A stretch of DNA of 64,000 nt, from NCBI GenBank assembly GCA_049519415.1, contig JBEKQU010000005.1, positions 37,504-101,503 on the forward strand. Reading direction: 5' to 3'. Below, piece after piece: positions 11,077 to 20,322 of this stretch. The translations under genes and the position numbers were made by a program. Under the pieces are notes generated by a model, which was given only the letters and a program-made list of their open reading frames with translations, was not told the DNA's origin and ran no database searches. The DNA comes from Spirochaetia bacterium (GTDB lineage Bacteria; Spirochaetota; Spirochaetia; SZUA-6; Fen-1364). Within the stretch, counting starts at the first letter, position 1. Each line of letters begins with the position of its first letter.

Positions 11077-12711
11077 CTAGAACAGCTTTCGCGCGATCGG
11101 AATCCGCCGGCCCGTGCCGAACGCCTTGGGTGACACCTTGAGCACGGGCGGCGCCTGCCTGCGCTTGTATTCCGCCTTTTCCACCATGGTGATGATGGAC
11201 CGCACCAGCGCTGGATCGAAACCGCTTGCCGCTATCTGGGCGGCTGACAGGTTCTGGACAAGGTATTTTTCCAGTATCGCGTCGAGGGTCTCGTACGGTG
11301 GGAGGGAGTCCTGGTCCGTCTGGTCCGGACGCAGCTCTGCGGAGGGCGCCTTTTCAATGATCGCCTTGGGGATGAGGGGTTTCCTCGCGTTAATTGCCCG
11401 GGCCAGGGCATACACCTGCATCTTCAGCAAATCACCGATGACTGCGAGGCCGCCGCTCATGTCGCCGTACAGCGTGCAGTACCCGGTGGCCAGCTCCGAC
11501 TTGTTTCCCGTGGTGAGGAGGAGGGAGTTGAACTTGTTGGAATACGCCATGAGGAGCGTCCCTCGGATCCGGGCCTGGATGTTCTCCTCGGCGATGTCGG
11601 GTTTTCGCCCGGCGAACACCGGCGCGAGGGTGCTCAGGTACGACCCGAAGATGTCCTCTATGGACAGAAGGTTCAGAGGCAGGCCCAGTGCGTCGGCCAG
11701 CGCGCGCGCGTCGGACACGCTGCCGTCGGAGGAATAGCGCGAGGGCAGGCCGAACACCTGTACACGCTCTGGCCCCAGGGCCTCGACCGCGAGCACGGCA
11801 ACAAGCGCGGAGTCGATCCCGCCGGACAGCCCCAGGTGCACTCGGGTGAAGCCGCACTTGCGCACGTAGTCCCTGATGCCCAGCACCAGCGCCCCCTCGA
11901 TCTGGGCAACCGGATCGGATGGCAGCGTGATCTCGGGCCCGCGCGCCGCCGTATCCACGAAGCCAAGCTCCTCCTCGAACGCCCTGCCCAGGAACACGAG
12001 CCTGCCCTCCGCCGAGGTGACCATGGACTGGCCGTCGAAGACGATATTGTCGTTGGCGCCGACCGTGTTGACGTAGACCACCGGCACCCCCGAAGTGGTG
12101 CCGATGCGCGATAGGAGGTCCAGGCGGAGCCGAGGCTTGCCAGCGTAGAAGGGCGACGCCGAGGGGGAGACGATGAGCGTGGCGCCCGCGTCCAGCAGCT
12201 CGGCCACGGGGTCCACCGGGTAGCGCAGCCCGGGGGCGGGCTCTCCCTCCCACCAGATGTCCTCGCAGATCGCTATGCCCAGCCGCTCCCCCTCGAAGGG
12301 GACGACGGCGCGGGCTTCCGCGCTTTCAAACCAACGGGCTTCGTCAAACACGTCGTAGGTGGGGAGGAGGGTCTTCGCCTGCGTATGAAGAATTTTTCCG
12401 TCCTTGATCAGGGACGCCACGTTTTGGAGCGCTTTGCCGGGGCGCGAGCGGTTCCTGTCCACGTATCCCACGATGATGCCGATTCCCGTTGGCGCGCTGG
12501 CCTGCAGGCGGCGCAGCGTTTTCAGGTTCTCCTCCACGAACAGGTCGTAATCCAGGAGGTCCATCGGGGGATAACCGCAGAGGCACAGCTCGGGAAAGAC
12601 GATGAGCCGGCACCCTGCCGCGCGCGCCTCGGAAGAGAGCGCCACGATCCGCGCGCGGGTGCCTTCGAAATCCCCGATCGTGGGATTGATCTGCGCGCAG
12701 GCCACCTTCAT
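11077..12711 (-). CDS. nadE: glutamine-dependent NAD(+) synthetase
   Basis: N-terminal CN-hydrolase domain (VFPELCLCGYP) plus a C-terminal NAD synthetase domain with the SGGIDS PP-loop. 544 aa. Confidence 0.9.
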   Translation of the reverse strand: MKVACAQINPTIGDFEGTRARIVALSSEARAAGCRLIVFPELCLCGYPPMDLLDYDLFVEENLKTLRRLQASAPTGIGIIVGYVDRNRSRPGKALQNVASLIKDGKILHTQAKTLLPTYDVFDEARWFESAEARAVVPFEGERLGIAICEDIWWEGEPAPGLRYPVDPVAELLDAGATLIVSPSASPFYAGKPRLRLDLLSRIGTTSGVPVVYVNTVGANDNIVFDGQSMVTSAEGRLVFLGRAFEEELGFVDTAARGPEITLPSDPVAQIEGALVLGIRDYVRKCGFTRVHLGLSGGIDSALVAVLAVEALGPERVQVFGLPSRYSSDGSVSDARALADALGLPLNLLSIEDIFGSYLSTLAPVFAGRKPDIAEENIQARIRGTLLMAYSNKFNSLLLTTGNKSELATGYCTLYGDMSGGLAVIGDLLKMQVYALARAINARKPLIPKAIIEKAPSAELRPDQTDQDSLPPYETLDAILEKYLVQNLSAAQIAASGFDPALVRSIITMVEKAEYKRRQAPPVLKVSPKAFGTGRRIPIARKLF

Positions 12712-12824
12712 GCCATGTTCCTCATGGCCGTGAGCTTACCAGGGAAGGGAAGGCGCGGCAATCGGGTCAGCGGCCGGGCGATGCGCGGCAATAGGTCGGG
12801 TCGGCAGCCGGGCGATGCGCGGCG

Positions 12825-12853
12825 TTGACCGCGCCCATACCCCGCGATAGTAT
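12825..12853 (+). promoter_or_regulatory. sigma70-like promoter (TTGACC-N17-TAGTAT) ending 6 nt before the ATG, giving a leaderless transcript
   Basis: Spacing and hexamers are near consensus. They are preceded by a roughly 2.3-copy, 31-34-bp tandem repeat at 12752-12824. Confidence 0.45.
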
Positions 12854-12859
12854 GGGGCG

Positions 12860-13555
12860 ATGCCGCGCACCATGCTCATCACCGAAGGATCCTCTCCATT
12901 GGGAGGAGCGCTCATCCGCCTGTTCGTCGCCCGCGGCTGCACGGTGGCCGCGACTCGTGAAGCCGCGCGGGAGGGCGCGCCCCACGAACAGACGCCCAAC
13001 ACCGGGGCGGCTCCCGGAGCTTCCGGCCGCTCAATTCTCAACGTGCCATGGAACCGGCGCTCCCCCGCATCGGCGCGAACGGTGCTCCTCACGGTGCTGA
13101 ACAGCCTTGAAAACATCGACGAGGCGGTCATCCTGGAGCCTCCCTCTCCTACGGCCGCGCCGCTGCACGAGGCGTCGAGCTCTGACATCGAGCGCGCGTT
13201 CGATGACGCAAAGGGCCCCGCGTTCATTGCTCGGGAGGTCCTCTCCTGGTTTTTACGCAGCGGCGCCGGAGTGCTCTGCATGGTGAGCGGGGGCCCCCCG
13301 GCGGGGCCCCTGGAGAGCGGGGCGCGTGAATGCTTCCGCGGCTTCGCCTCCTCCCTTCTCGCGGGTCCCGGAGGCGCGGGGATCGTGGCGAACGGATTCC
13401 AAAACGGAGGCGGAGTGGACGTGGAGGAGTACGCCGCCTTCATCGACAGGACTCTAGAGGAGAAGGCGCGAAAGATTTCCGGACGGTGGTTCACCTGCCA
13501 GCCAAGGACAGGATTCTTCCAGGGCGTGCTTGCCGGCCAGCCGCGCAGGGGATAA
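12860..13555 (+). CDS. NAD(P)-binding Rossmann-fold (SDR-like) protein, divergent
   Basis: N-terminal TEGSSPLGGALI glycine-rich motif. No clear YxxxK catalytic motif. Confidence 0.35.
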   Translation: MPRTMLITEGSSPLGGALIRLFVARGCTVAATREAAREGAPHEQTPNTGAAPGASGRSILNVPWNRRSPASARTVLLTVLNSLENIDEAVILEPPSPTAAPLHEASSSDIERAFDDAKGPAFIAREVLSWFLRSGAGVLCMVSGGPPAGPLESGARECFRGFASSLLAGPGGAGIVANGFQNGGGVDVEEYAAFIDRTLEEKARKISGRWFTCQPRTGFFQGVLAGQPRRG

Positions 13556-13562
13556 AGGCGGC

Positions 13563-15356
13563 TTAGAACATCATCGATTCCATGAAGCGCTCCTGGAACT
13601 CAGGTTTCCCTCCCAACTCCACGAAACGGGCATGCCGCGCGGCGCTCTCCGCTTTCCGCCAGCACTCCCGGGAAAGCAGAACCATAACGGCGCCCCGCAG
13701 GGCGGCGTTTCCCACGACCTGCACCTTGCCGAGGTCCATTTCCGGAATCAGTCCGATGCGCATGGCGGCGCGGGCATCCAGCCCTGCGCCGAAGTTGCCT
13801 GCCAGGCGGAGCGAATCGAGGCGATCCTTCGATGTGCCGGTTGCTTCCAGGAGGGTCTCGATGCCGGTGCGCACCGCGCCCTTGGCAAGCTGCAGCTTGC
13901 GGATGTCGTTCTGGGAGATGAAGACGCTCCCGTCGTCGGACAGCGCAAAGACGGACTCCCCACCCCGGGAGAGCATGCGGGCACGGAGCGCGGGAAGGGG
14001 CACCTCCGCGGAATCGACTATCCGGCCCGTGGCGTCAACCACGCCGCGCTCCAGAAGCTGCGCGATTCCCGCGATGAGCCCCGTGCCGCAGATGCCCTTG
14101 GGCGCCGTGTCCCCCACGACTTGCAGCCACAGCTCGCCGTTGTCTGAAATCGTGGCATCGTAAATGGCCCCCTCCAGCGCGCGCATGCCGCAGGAGATCT
14201 GCGCGCCCTCAAAGGCCGGTCCTGCCGCGGTGGAGGTCGCGACCAGCTCCCCTTGCCGGGCGAGAACAATTTCGCCGTTGGTGCCGATGTCGATTGAAAG
14301 GGTGGTGCGGCGTTCCTTCTCCAGATCGAGCGCCACGATCATGCCGATGGTGTCCGCCCCGACGTAGGCCGACACGAGCGGGAGAGTCTCCACATAGCCG
14401 TTCTCCTGGAAGGTCCACCCGAAGTCGCGGGGCGACGAGCGCAGGAAGCCAGCCGTCACGGGGATGTAGGGAACGTGCGTGAGCTGATAGGGATCGATCC
14501 CGTTGAGGATGTGGATCATGATGGGATTGCCCACCACCACGGTCTTCACGATGTGGGCTGCGGAGATGCCGGTCTCTGAAAGGATCTCGCAGGCGCCTTC
14601 CAGGATGGTGCGCAGAGCGGCCGCGCGCACGGGATCCCGGTCCTCGTGGAAGCTCTGCGCGCGGCTGATCACGTCCGCGCCAAAGGCCACCTGGCCGTTG
14701 AGGAATGCCTTGCGCGCCAGCCGTTCACCGGATTCCAGGTCGAAAAGCGCGATGTCCACCGTGGTGGTTCCCAGGTCCACGGCGAAGCCATAGCAGCGGC
14801 CTCTCTCACTGGCGTCCAGCCAAAGGAAATCGTTCTCTTCGCACAGGGCTTCAGCTCTCCATTCGTTGCCGCGGAGGATTCGCGAGAGCCGCTCAAGGGA
14901 GAGGGAATCGGGCCGCGCCGCGCTGATGCCGTGCCTTGCCAGTCCCTCGGAAAGCCTCTCCCAATCGGCGCGCTGGTCCTCCAGGGAGGGTGGTGAGAGT
15001 TGAATCTCCACCCGGCGCATGGTGCCGCTGCCGATCGAGGTGCTGATATCCTCGTCACGCAGGCCCTGCGTCCAGGACTTGCGGGACAATCGACTTTCGG
15101 GAATCGTTACGGTGCAGTCCTCGGTGAGAGGAAGCTGGCAGGCCAGACGAACGCCGTCGGACGCCTCAGTCTCCTTCAAGCCTCCCTTTCCTGCCGCGGG
15201 AGCCGGATCGACGTGGACCCTGCACTGCCGGCATCTTCCCTTGCCGCCGCAGGGGTAGTCCAGCAGGATTCCCGCCGTGTGCAGCGCGTCGCGAAGGAGA
15301 GTGCCTTCAGCCGCTGTGATGACACTGTCGAAGGGGTGCACTCTGATCCTGGGCAT
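13563..15356 (-). CDS. ASKHA-domain protein with N-terminal 2Fe-2S ferredoxin domain (RACo-like corrinoid activation family)
   Basis: Ferredoxin Cys cluster (CGGKGRCRQCRV) and ASKHA phosphate-1 motif (YGFAVDLGTTTV). The ORF extends to 15428, but the conserved N-terminus begins at the ATG at 15356. Confidence 0.75.
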   Translation of the reverse strand: MPRIRVHPFDSVITAAEGTLLRDALHTAGILLDYPCGGKGRCRQCRVHVDPAPAAGKGGLKETEASDGVRLACQLPLTEDCTVTIPESRLSRKSWTQGLRDEDISTSIGSGTMRRVEIQLSPPSLEDQRADWERLSEGLARHGISAARPDSLSLERLSRILRGNEWRAEALCEENDFLWLDASERGRCYGFAVDLGTTTVDIALFDLESGERLARKAFLNGQVAFGADVISRAQSFHEDRDPVRAAALRTILEGACEILSETGISAAHIVKTVVVGNPIMIHILNGIDPYQLTHVPYIPVTAGFLRSSPRDFGWTFQENGYVETLPLVSAYVGADTIGMIVALDLEKERRTTLSIDIGTNGEIVLARQGELVATSTAAGPAFEGAQISCGMRALEGAIYDATISDNGELWLQVVGDTAPKGICGTGLIAGIAQLLERGVVDATGRIVDSAEVPLPALRARMLSRGGESVFALSDDGSVFISQNDIRKLQLAKGAVRTGIETLLEATGTSKDRLDSLRLAGNFGAGLDARAAMRIGLIPEMDLGKVQVVGNAALRGAVMVLLSRECWRKAESAARHARFVELGGKPEFQERFMESMMF

Positions 15357-15452
15357 CGGCACGGATACTAAACGGATTGGAGCGTTCCGGGCAAGGGGCT
15401 GGCGCGGATGGGAAACTTGACGCTCCACACGGTACAGGCTACCTTGTGGCCC

Positions 15453-16190
15453 ATGCCATACACCATTCGGACGGGCGCGCGCGCAAGCCTCGCCGTTCTG
15501 TTCAGCCTTTTCATTATTGTCTCCTGCACCATGAACCAGACCATCGCGATCAAGAATGACGGATCAGGCACCCTTGTGATGCACGCCGAAGTTTCCAAGC
15601 TCCTCCACGATTACATCGCGAGCCTCGCCGAAGTGTCGGGGAAGACCGATGTGATGAAAGGCGGCAAGGTCTTTGACGCCGCATCGATCAGGAAGGACTT
15701 CGAATCCCGGCCAGGCATCACCGTGAAGAAGGCGGTAACGCCGACGCCTGATTCTCTGGACCTGGAGCTTGCCTTCACCTCCCTGCAGGACGTTTTTGCG
15801 CGGGATGCGAAGTTGAAGAGCACGGGCGCGTTCGTGTACAGCGAATCCGGCGGAGTAAAGTCCGTGAAGCTGCACCTGGATCGCACCAACTACACCCAGC
15901 TCTCGTCCCTGTTCCCCCTGTTGAATGATCCCGTATTCGCGGAGCTCGGGCCCCAGGTGAACGATACGATCACGGACGACGAATACCTTGAGATGATACG
16001 CTTCTCCATCGGCGATGACGGCCCCGGACTTCTCAAGAAATCCTTCATAACGCTGACCATCGATCCCGAGGGGGAGATCGTGTCCCAATCCGGCGGCACG
16101 ATAAGCGGCGGCGCCGTGGCGTTCCGCATCCCCCTGCTCCGGCTTCTCGTGCTGGACAAGCCGCTGGATTATTTGGTGACGTTCAAATGA
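15453..16190 (+). CDS. hypothetical lipoprotein
   Basis: Signal peptide with lipobox-like IIVSC. No known domain recognised. Confidence 0.45.
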   Translation: MPYTIRTGARASLAVLFSLFIIVSCTMNQTIAIKNDGSGTLVMHAEVSKLLHDYIASLAEVSGKTDVMKGGKVFDAASIRKDFESRPGITVKKAVTPTPDSLDLELAFTSLQDVFARDAKLKSTGAFVYSESGGVKSVKLHLDRTNYTQLSSLFPLLNDPVFAELGPQVNDTITDDEYLEMIRFSIGDDGPGLLKKSFITLTIDPEGEIVSQSGGTISGGAVAFRIPLLRLLVLDKPLDYLVTFK

Positions 16191-16237
16191 GAAGGGGGCG
16201 GCGTGACGGCAGGTCCGAATATGGCTAGAATAGCCAA

Positions 16238-16519
16238 GTGAAAAAGGCTAGTGTATCAGAAACTAAGAACCACTTGAGCAGATTTTTACAGGCGGTGAAA
16301 AAAGGAGAGACGATTCTCATCCAAGACCGCAAAAAGATAGTCGCCAAGACTGTGCCTTATCTCGATTCGGACGTGCGTGATCTGGCAAGAGAGGGGATCG
16401 CCTCGCCTCCTCAGGAACATCTGGATGTGGAGGCATTCTTAAGTCAGACCGGCCCAAAGCTGCCTGCCGGGATCAGCGCATCGTTGGCCGTCAGCGCCGA
16501 GCGCGAAGAGGGACCGTGA
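16238..16519 (+). CDS. type II antitoxin, Phd/YefM family
   Basis: The N-terminus (SETKNHLSRFLQAVKKGETILI) is typical of Phd/YefM. 93 aa. Confidence 0.7.
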   Translation: MKKASVSETKNHLSRFLQAVKKGETILIQDRKKIVAKTVPYLDSDVRDLAREGIASPPQEHLDVEAFLSQTGPKLPAGISASLAVSAEREEGP

Positions 16520-16602
16520 GGTACTGGGATTCATCGGCTCTGGCTGCTTGCGGTGATGAGCCGGCTGCGATGCCGATGGTATACAGCGACGCGCGTTAAG
16601 CG
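16516..16602 (+). pseudogene. truncated vapC (PIN-domain toxin) remnant, only 28 codons before stop
   Basis: A GTG overlapping the phd stop encodes VRYWDSSALAACGDEP, the canonical PIN N-terminus (xxYLDTSALVxxxxxEP), and is then terminated. Confidence 0.45.
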
Positions 16603-16668
16603 AGGCGGCAACAATAGAAGGCTTCGTGATTTTCTGACTTGCCCGGGGGCGGGGAATCGCAGCAGCCT

Positions 16669-17565
16669 TTATCCCTTGACCGCGCCGATGGTCAGCCCGG
16701 TGACAAAATACCTCTGCACGAAGGGATAGAGAAGAAGGATGGGACCCGTTACGATCAGTGCGGTCGCCATCTTGAAGGATTCCTGCGGAAGCGACGCCGT
16801 GGAGTTGGCGCTCATGGCCACGCTGGCCATCTCTCGCATCGCCTGGGCGCTCATGAGGAGGTTGTAGAGGTAGAACTGCAACGGATACTTGCTCGTGGTG
16901 CGGATGTAGAGGCTGCCCTGGAACCAGTCGTTCCAGTAGCCCAGGGCGGTGAAGAGGCCGATGGTGGCCAATGCTGCCGTGGACAGCGGAAGGATGAGCT
17001 TGCGGTAGATGAGGAAGTCGCTCGCCCCGTCGATCTTGGCTGATTCCACTATGGAATCCGGAACCGCCGTGCGGATGAAGGTCCGCATGAGGATGATCAG
17101 GAAGGGGCTCAGGAGCGGTGGAAGGATCAGGGCAAGGAGGCTATCGGTGAGACCGAGAAAGCGGGTCACCAGGATGTACTGCGGGATGATCCCAACGGAG
17201 AAGAGCTGCGTGAAGTAGATGATGAACGAGAGACGGTTGCGGTACTTGAAGTCCCTTCTCTGCAAGACGTATCCCGCCATGGAAACGAAGAACAGCGAGA
17301 AGAAGGTTCCTACGGCCGTCACGGTAACGGTGACCATGTAGGCGGATAGGATCCTCCCCGGGATCTGAAACGTGAACGTGTAGGCCTCCAGGGAGAACTT
17401 CAGCGGCAGAAACGAGAAACCGTGTTTGACGATCTCGGACTCCTGCGTGAACGACGAGGAGATCAGCATGAGAAAGGGGAGGACGCAGGCGACCGCAGCC
17501 AGGGTCACGACGAAATAGGCGATGATCCTGAGAGCCGTATAGTCGGGACCCTTCTTCACCGCCAT
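16669..17565 (-). CDS. carbohydrate ABC transporter permease (MalG-like)
   Basis: Six TM segments and the EAA-loop region (IDGASDFLIYRKLILPL). Confidence 0.85.
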   Translation of the reverse strand: MAVKKGPDYTALRIIAYFVVTLAAVACVLPFLMLISSSFTQESEIVKHGFSFLPLKFSLEAYTFTFQIPGRILSAYMVTVTVTAVGTFFSLFFVSMAGYVLQRRDFKYRNRLSFIIYFTQLFSVGIIPQYILVTRFLGLTDSLLALILPPLLSPFLIILMRTFIRTAVPDSIVESAKIDGASDFLIYRKLILPLSTAALATIGLFTALGYWNDWFQGSLYIRTTSKYPLQFYLYNLLMSAQAMREMASVAMSANSTASLPQESFKMATALIVTGPILLLYPFVQRYFVTGLTIGAVKG

Positions 17566-17574
17566 GGCATACCT

Positions 17575-18549
17575 CTAGAACAGCGCATACTCGGGATCGA
17601 TCTGCTTGATGATGAAGTTCGTCACGAGGATCACCGCGAGACCGAACACGGACTGGAAGAGGCCGGCCGCCGTCCCGAGCTGGATCTCCGCCGTCACCGT
17701 CAGGGCCCGATAGACATAGGTATCAATGATGTCGGTGGCGTTGTAGAGCTGTCCGTTCCGACCCACCATCTGGTAGAACAACTCGAACTGGCCTCGGAGG
17801 ATCCCACCGATGCTAAAGAGCAGCAGGATGATGATGGTGGGCTTGAGCATGGGGAGCGTGACGGCGGTGATCTGTCGGAACGCGTTGGCTCCGTCGATGG
17901 CTGCCACGTCGTACAGCTCGTTGTTGATGGACATGATGGCAGCCAGGTAGATGACCGATCCGTACCCCAGCCACTTCCAGACGTGCGCGATGGTGAGGAT
18001 GTACTTCCAGTACCCCGGCGTTGTGTAGAAGCTGACCGCCTTGAACCCCAGCGCCTCCAGGCCGTGGTTGATGATGCCGTAGTCGAAGTTCAGAAGCCCG
18101 TAAGCGAACAGACCTACCAGGACAAAGGAGATGAAGTAGGGGAGGAAGATGAAGGTCTGCGCCAGCCGCTTGTAGAACGGGCTGGTGATCTGGCTGATCA
18201 GGATTGCCACCATGATCTGGAAGAAGTTCCCGACGATGATGAACGCCACGTTGTACAGCAGCGTGTTGATGGTCAGCTTGGTGATGATGTTGCCGAGGAA
18301 GAGGAACCGGAAGTACCGGAATCCGACGAAGGGGCTGCGGAAGAGCCCCAACGCGTACTTGTAGTCGACGAACGCGTAGTACGCGCCGACAAAGGGAATG
18401 TAGAAGAACAGGAGGAAGTACAGGAACGTCGGCAGGAGCATCACGAACAGAACCTTGTTCTTCTTGAGCTCGAAGAAAAAACCCCGGTTTGGAGGCAAGC
18501 GGAGCGGTTCCACAGGCACACTTCCTGACGAGTTCACATTTGCAGCCAT
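17575..18549 (-). CDS. sugar ABC transporter permease (LplB/MalF-like)
   Basis: LplB-type N-terminus (FELKKNKVLFVMLLPTF) and an EAA region (IDGANAFRQITAVTLPMLKP). Confidence 0.85.
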   Translation of the reverse strand: MAANVNSSGSVPVEPLRLPPNRGFFFELKKNKVLFVMLLPTFLYFLLFFYIPFVGAYYAFVDYKYALGLFRSPFVGFRYFRFLFLGNIITKLTINTLLYNVAFIIVGNFFQIMVAILISQITSPFYKRLAQTFIFLPYFISFVLVGLFAYGLLNFDYGIINHGLEALGFKAVSFYTTPGYWKYILTIAHVWKWLGYGSVIYLAAIMSINNELYDVAAIDGANAFRQITAVTLPMLKPTIIILLLFSIGGILRGQFELFYQMVGRNGQLYNATDIIDTYVYRALTVTAEIQLGTAAGLFQSVFGLAVILVTNFIIKQIDPEYALF

Positions 18550-18656
18550 CAGCGCTTCCGTGTGGGCCGCACTATAAGTCACGCACGGACTAGTGTCAAG
18601 CAATTCCTTGCGCCGGGGCGGGCCCGCGGCTCACGCCGGGGTCATGCGGGGCGCAT

Positions 18657-20108
18657 CTACTCCACGACCACCGGCTTGATGTCCAGGAACTTGCAGGCGA
18701 GGCTCAGCTCGCGGGTCTGGTCTCCGTGGATCATGCTCGCGTGATGCACGAACCCTTCCTCCACGAGAGTCCGATACAGCCTGGCGTGGTCCCGCACCCG
18801 CACCCACGCCCAGGTTCCAGCCAGCGTCTCCTCGGAGGGCACGATCTCTCCGGAGGCGATCAGCATCTTCCACTGGTTGTCGTACTCCACCAGGCGGTTA
18901 AAGGTAACTCGCCCTGGTTTGATCTGGAACTGTGCCAGGCCAGCCTGGGCATCGTCCTCTACGACGGGAAGCGTACCGGTCATGTCCATGCGGGAGCGGA
19001 GCGCCGTCTGCGCTGGATCCCGGGCCAGGCAGCTTGGCGCATTCCCGCAGTGCCACGCCAGGAGCCGGTTGGGATCCTGACGATGCTGGATGGTCCAGTC
19101 GATGAAGTGCGGGACCGTCTCGCCCAGGACCGACTGGTAGCTTACGAGCATTCCCACGGCACCCAGGACATCCGCCTCGCACGACGTGAGCATGCTCTCC
19201 GCGGTCAACCGTCCCTGCACCGCGCACATGGAGATTCCTATCTCGGACTGGAGCGAGGGCCAGCACTGCACGGCGAGCGCGGAGAGCCGGGATCCTGTCC
19301 AGAAGTCCGCGAGGGCCGCCTCCAGGCGGGCGGTCTTGACCATCGACGACTGGGAGATAGTGATCTGCGCGGCGCTGGCCTTGAGCCGCTGCATTGCCGC
19401 CAGGACTCGGGGGTCGTCCTCCCGAAGCCCCTGCGCGGCGCGCACGACGTCCGCCAGCTCCGTGTAGATCACCGACTGCCCGAACTTCTGGATGAGCGCC
19501 GCCTCGTTATAGCCCACCGTCTCGAAGGTGACCGGCCGGACCCCCACCTGGCCGAGGCGCGCGCCGCGCAGGCCCTTGACCACCGCCACGGCCGCCGCAA
19601 ATGTGCTGACCTCCTCCTGAAACGCCGGCTCGTCTGGGAAGAAGATGCCCGCGAAGTGGAACGGGATCTTTCGGCGATAGAGGGCGGAGGCCATGGAGAG
19701 ATTGCCGCAGTACGAGTCTGAGACGCGTCCCATGAGCGGGCTATCCGGCGCAGGCGGCTCCTTGGTGGCGTACAGGAGGACCGGCACTCGCAGCCTCTCC
19801 GCTACTTTGGCCGCGGACCGCTCGTCTCCGAAGTCCAGCGGGCACAGGATCAGGGCATCGACCTTCTCCGCGAAAAAGTATTCCGCCATGGCGTCCGCCT
19901 GATCGAGGCTGGCCACCATGCCATGCGGGGACCATCCCTTCTGCGCGTCCAGCTCCGTCCCCTGCGGTCCTGGCTGGGGGACCACTACCTCCAGTCCGCG
20001 GACCCGAGAGAAAGCGGCCAGACTGTCGCTCCTCATCTTCTCGCACCACGGCGTGCAGCGGAAACGGAACGACGGCACGAACCCGACCTTGACGGTGACC
20101 TTGCGCAT
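18657..20108 (-). CDS. L-fucose/L-arabinose isomerase family protein
   Basis: 483 aa. The N-terminus (VKVGFVPSFRFRCTPW) and the overall pattern are characteristic of the short FucI-like isomerase family. First gene of the minus-strand operon with the two permeases. Confidence 0.55.
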   Translation of the reverse strand: MRKVTVKVGFVPSFRFRCTPWCEKMRSDSLAAFSRVRGLEVVVPQPGPQGTELDAQKGWSPHGMVASLDQADAMAEYFFAEKVDALILCPLDFGDERSAAKVAERLRVPVLLYATKEPPAPDSPLMGRVSDSYCGNLSMASALYRRKIPFHFAGIFFPDEPAFQEEVSTFAAAVAVVKGLRGARLGQVGVRPVTFETVGYNEAALIQKFGQSVIYTELADVVRAAQGLREDDPRVLAAMQRLKASAAQITISQSSMVKTARLEAALADFWTGSRLSALAVQCWPSLQSEIGISMCAVQGRLTAESMLTSCEADVLGAVGMLVSYQSVLGETVPHFIDWTIQHRQDPNRLLAWHCGNAPSCLARDPAQTALRSRMDMTGTLPVVEDDAQAGLAQFQIKPGRVTFNRLVEYDNQWKMLIASGEIVPSEETLAGTWAWVRVRDHARLYRTLVEEGFVHHASMIHGDQTRELSLACKFLDIKPVVVE

Positions 20109-20189
20109 GAAGCTCCCCTTGATAAAAGGATCCGAACGGCCCCTGCAGGCTGTGTCGTGATGACGCAGTATAGGGCGATATTAAAAAAC

Positions 20190-20219
20190 TTGACAGATCC
20201 GGGAGCCAGGGCTTATAGT
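20190..20219 (+). promoter_or_regulatory. sigma70-like promoter TTGACA-N17-TTATAGT for the substrate-binding protein gene
   Basis: Consensus -35 and a good -10 in the divergent intergenic region. Confidence 0.5.
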
Positions 20220-20322
20220 TCTGCGGAACCAAGCCCATCCAAGGAGAGGCTCCGTGTATTCACATCACGTCTAGCGAAGGGGCCGGATGGCCCAGGAGCG
20301 CTGGGCAAGAAAGGAGTCAGGA

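Noticed and set aside
11432-12253. Long Arg/Gly/Pro-rich ORFs antisense to nadE (and similar at 17422-18528, 18726-19721, 23643-24209, 24851-26266, 40700-41716, 42329-43729, 43868-45250, 53670-54441)
   Set aside because: These are typical high-GC antisense open frames with low-complexity, Arg-rich translations. Each overlaps a gene with strong homology on the other strand.
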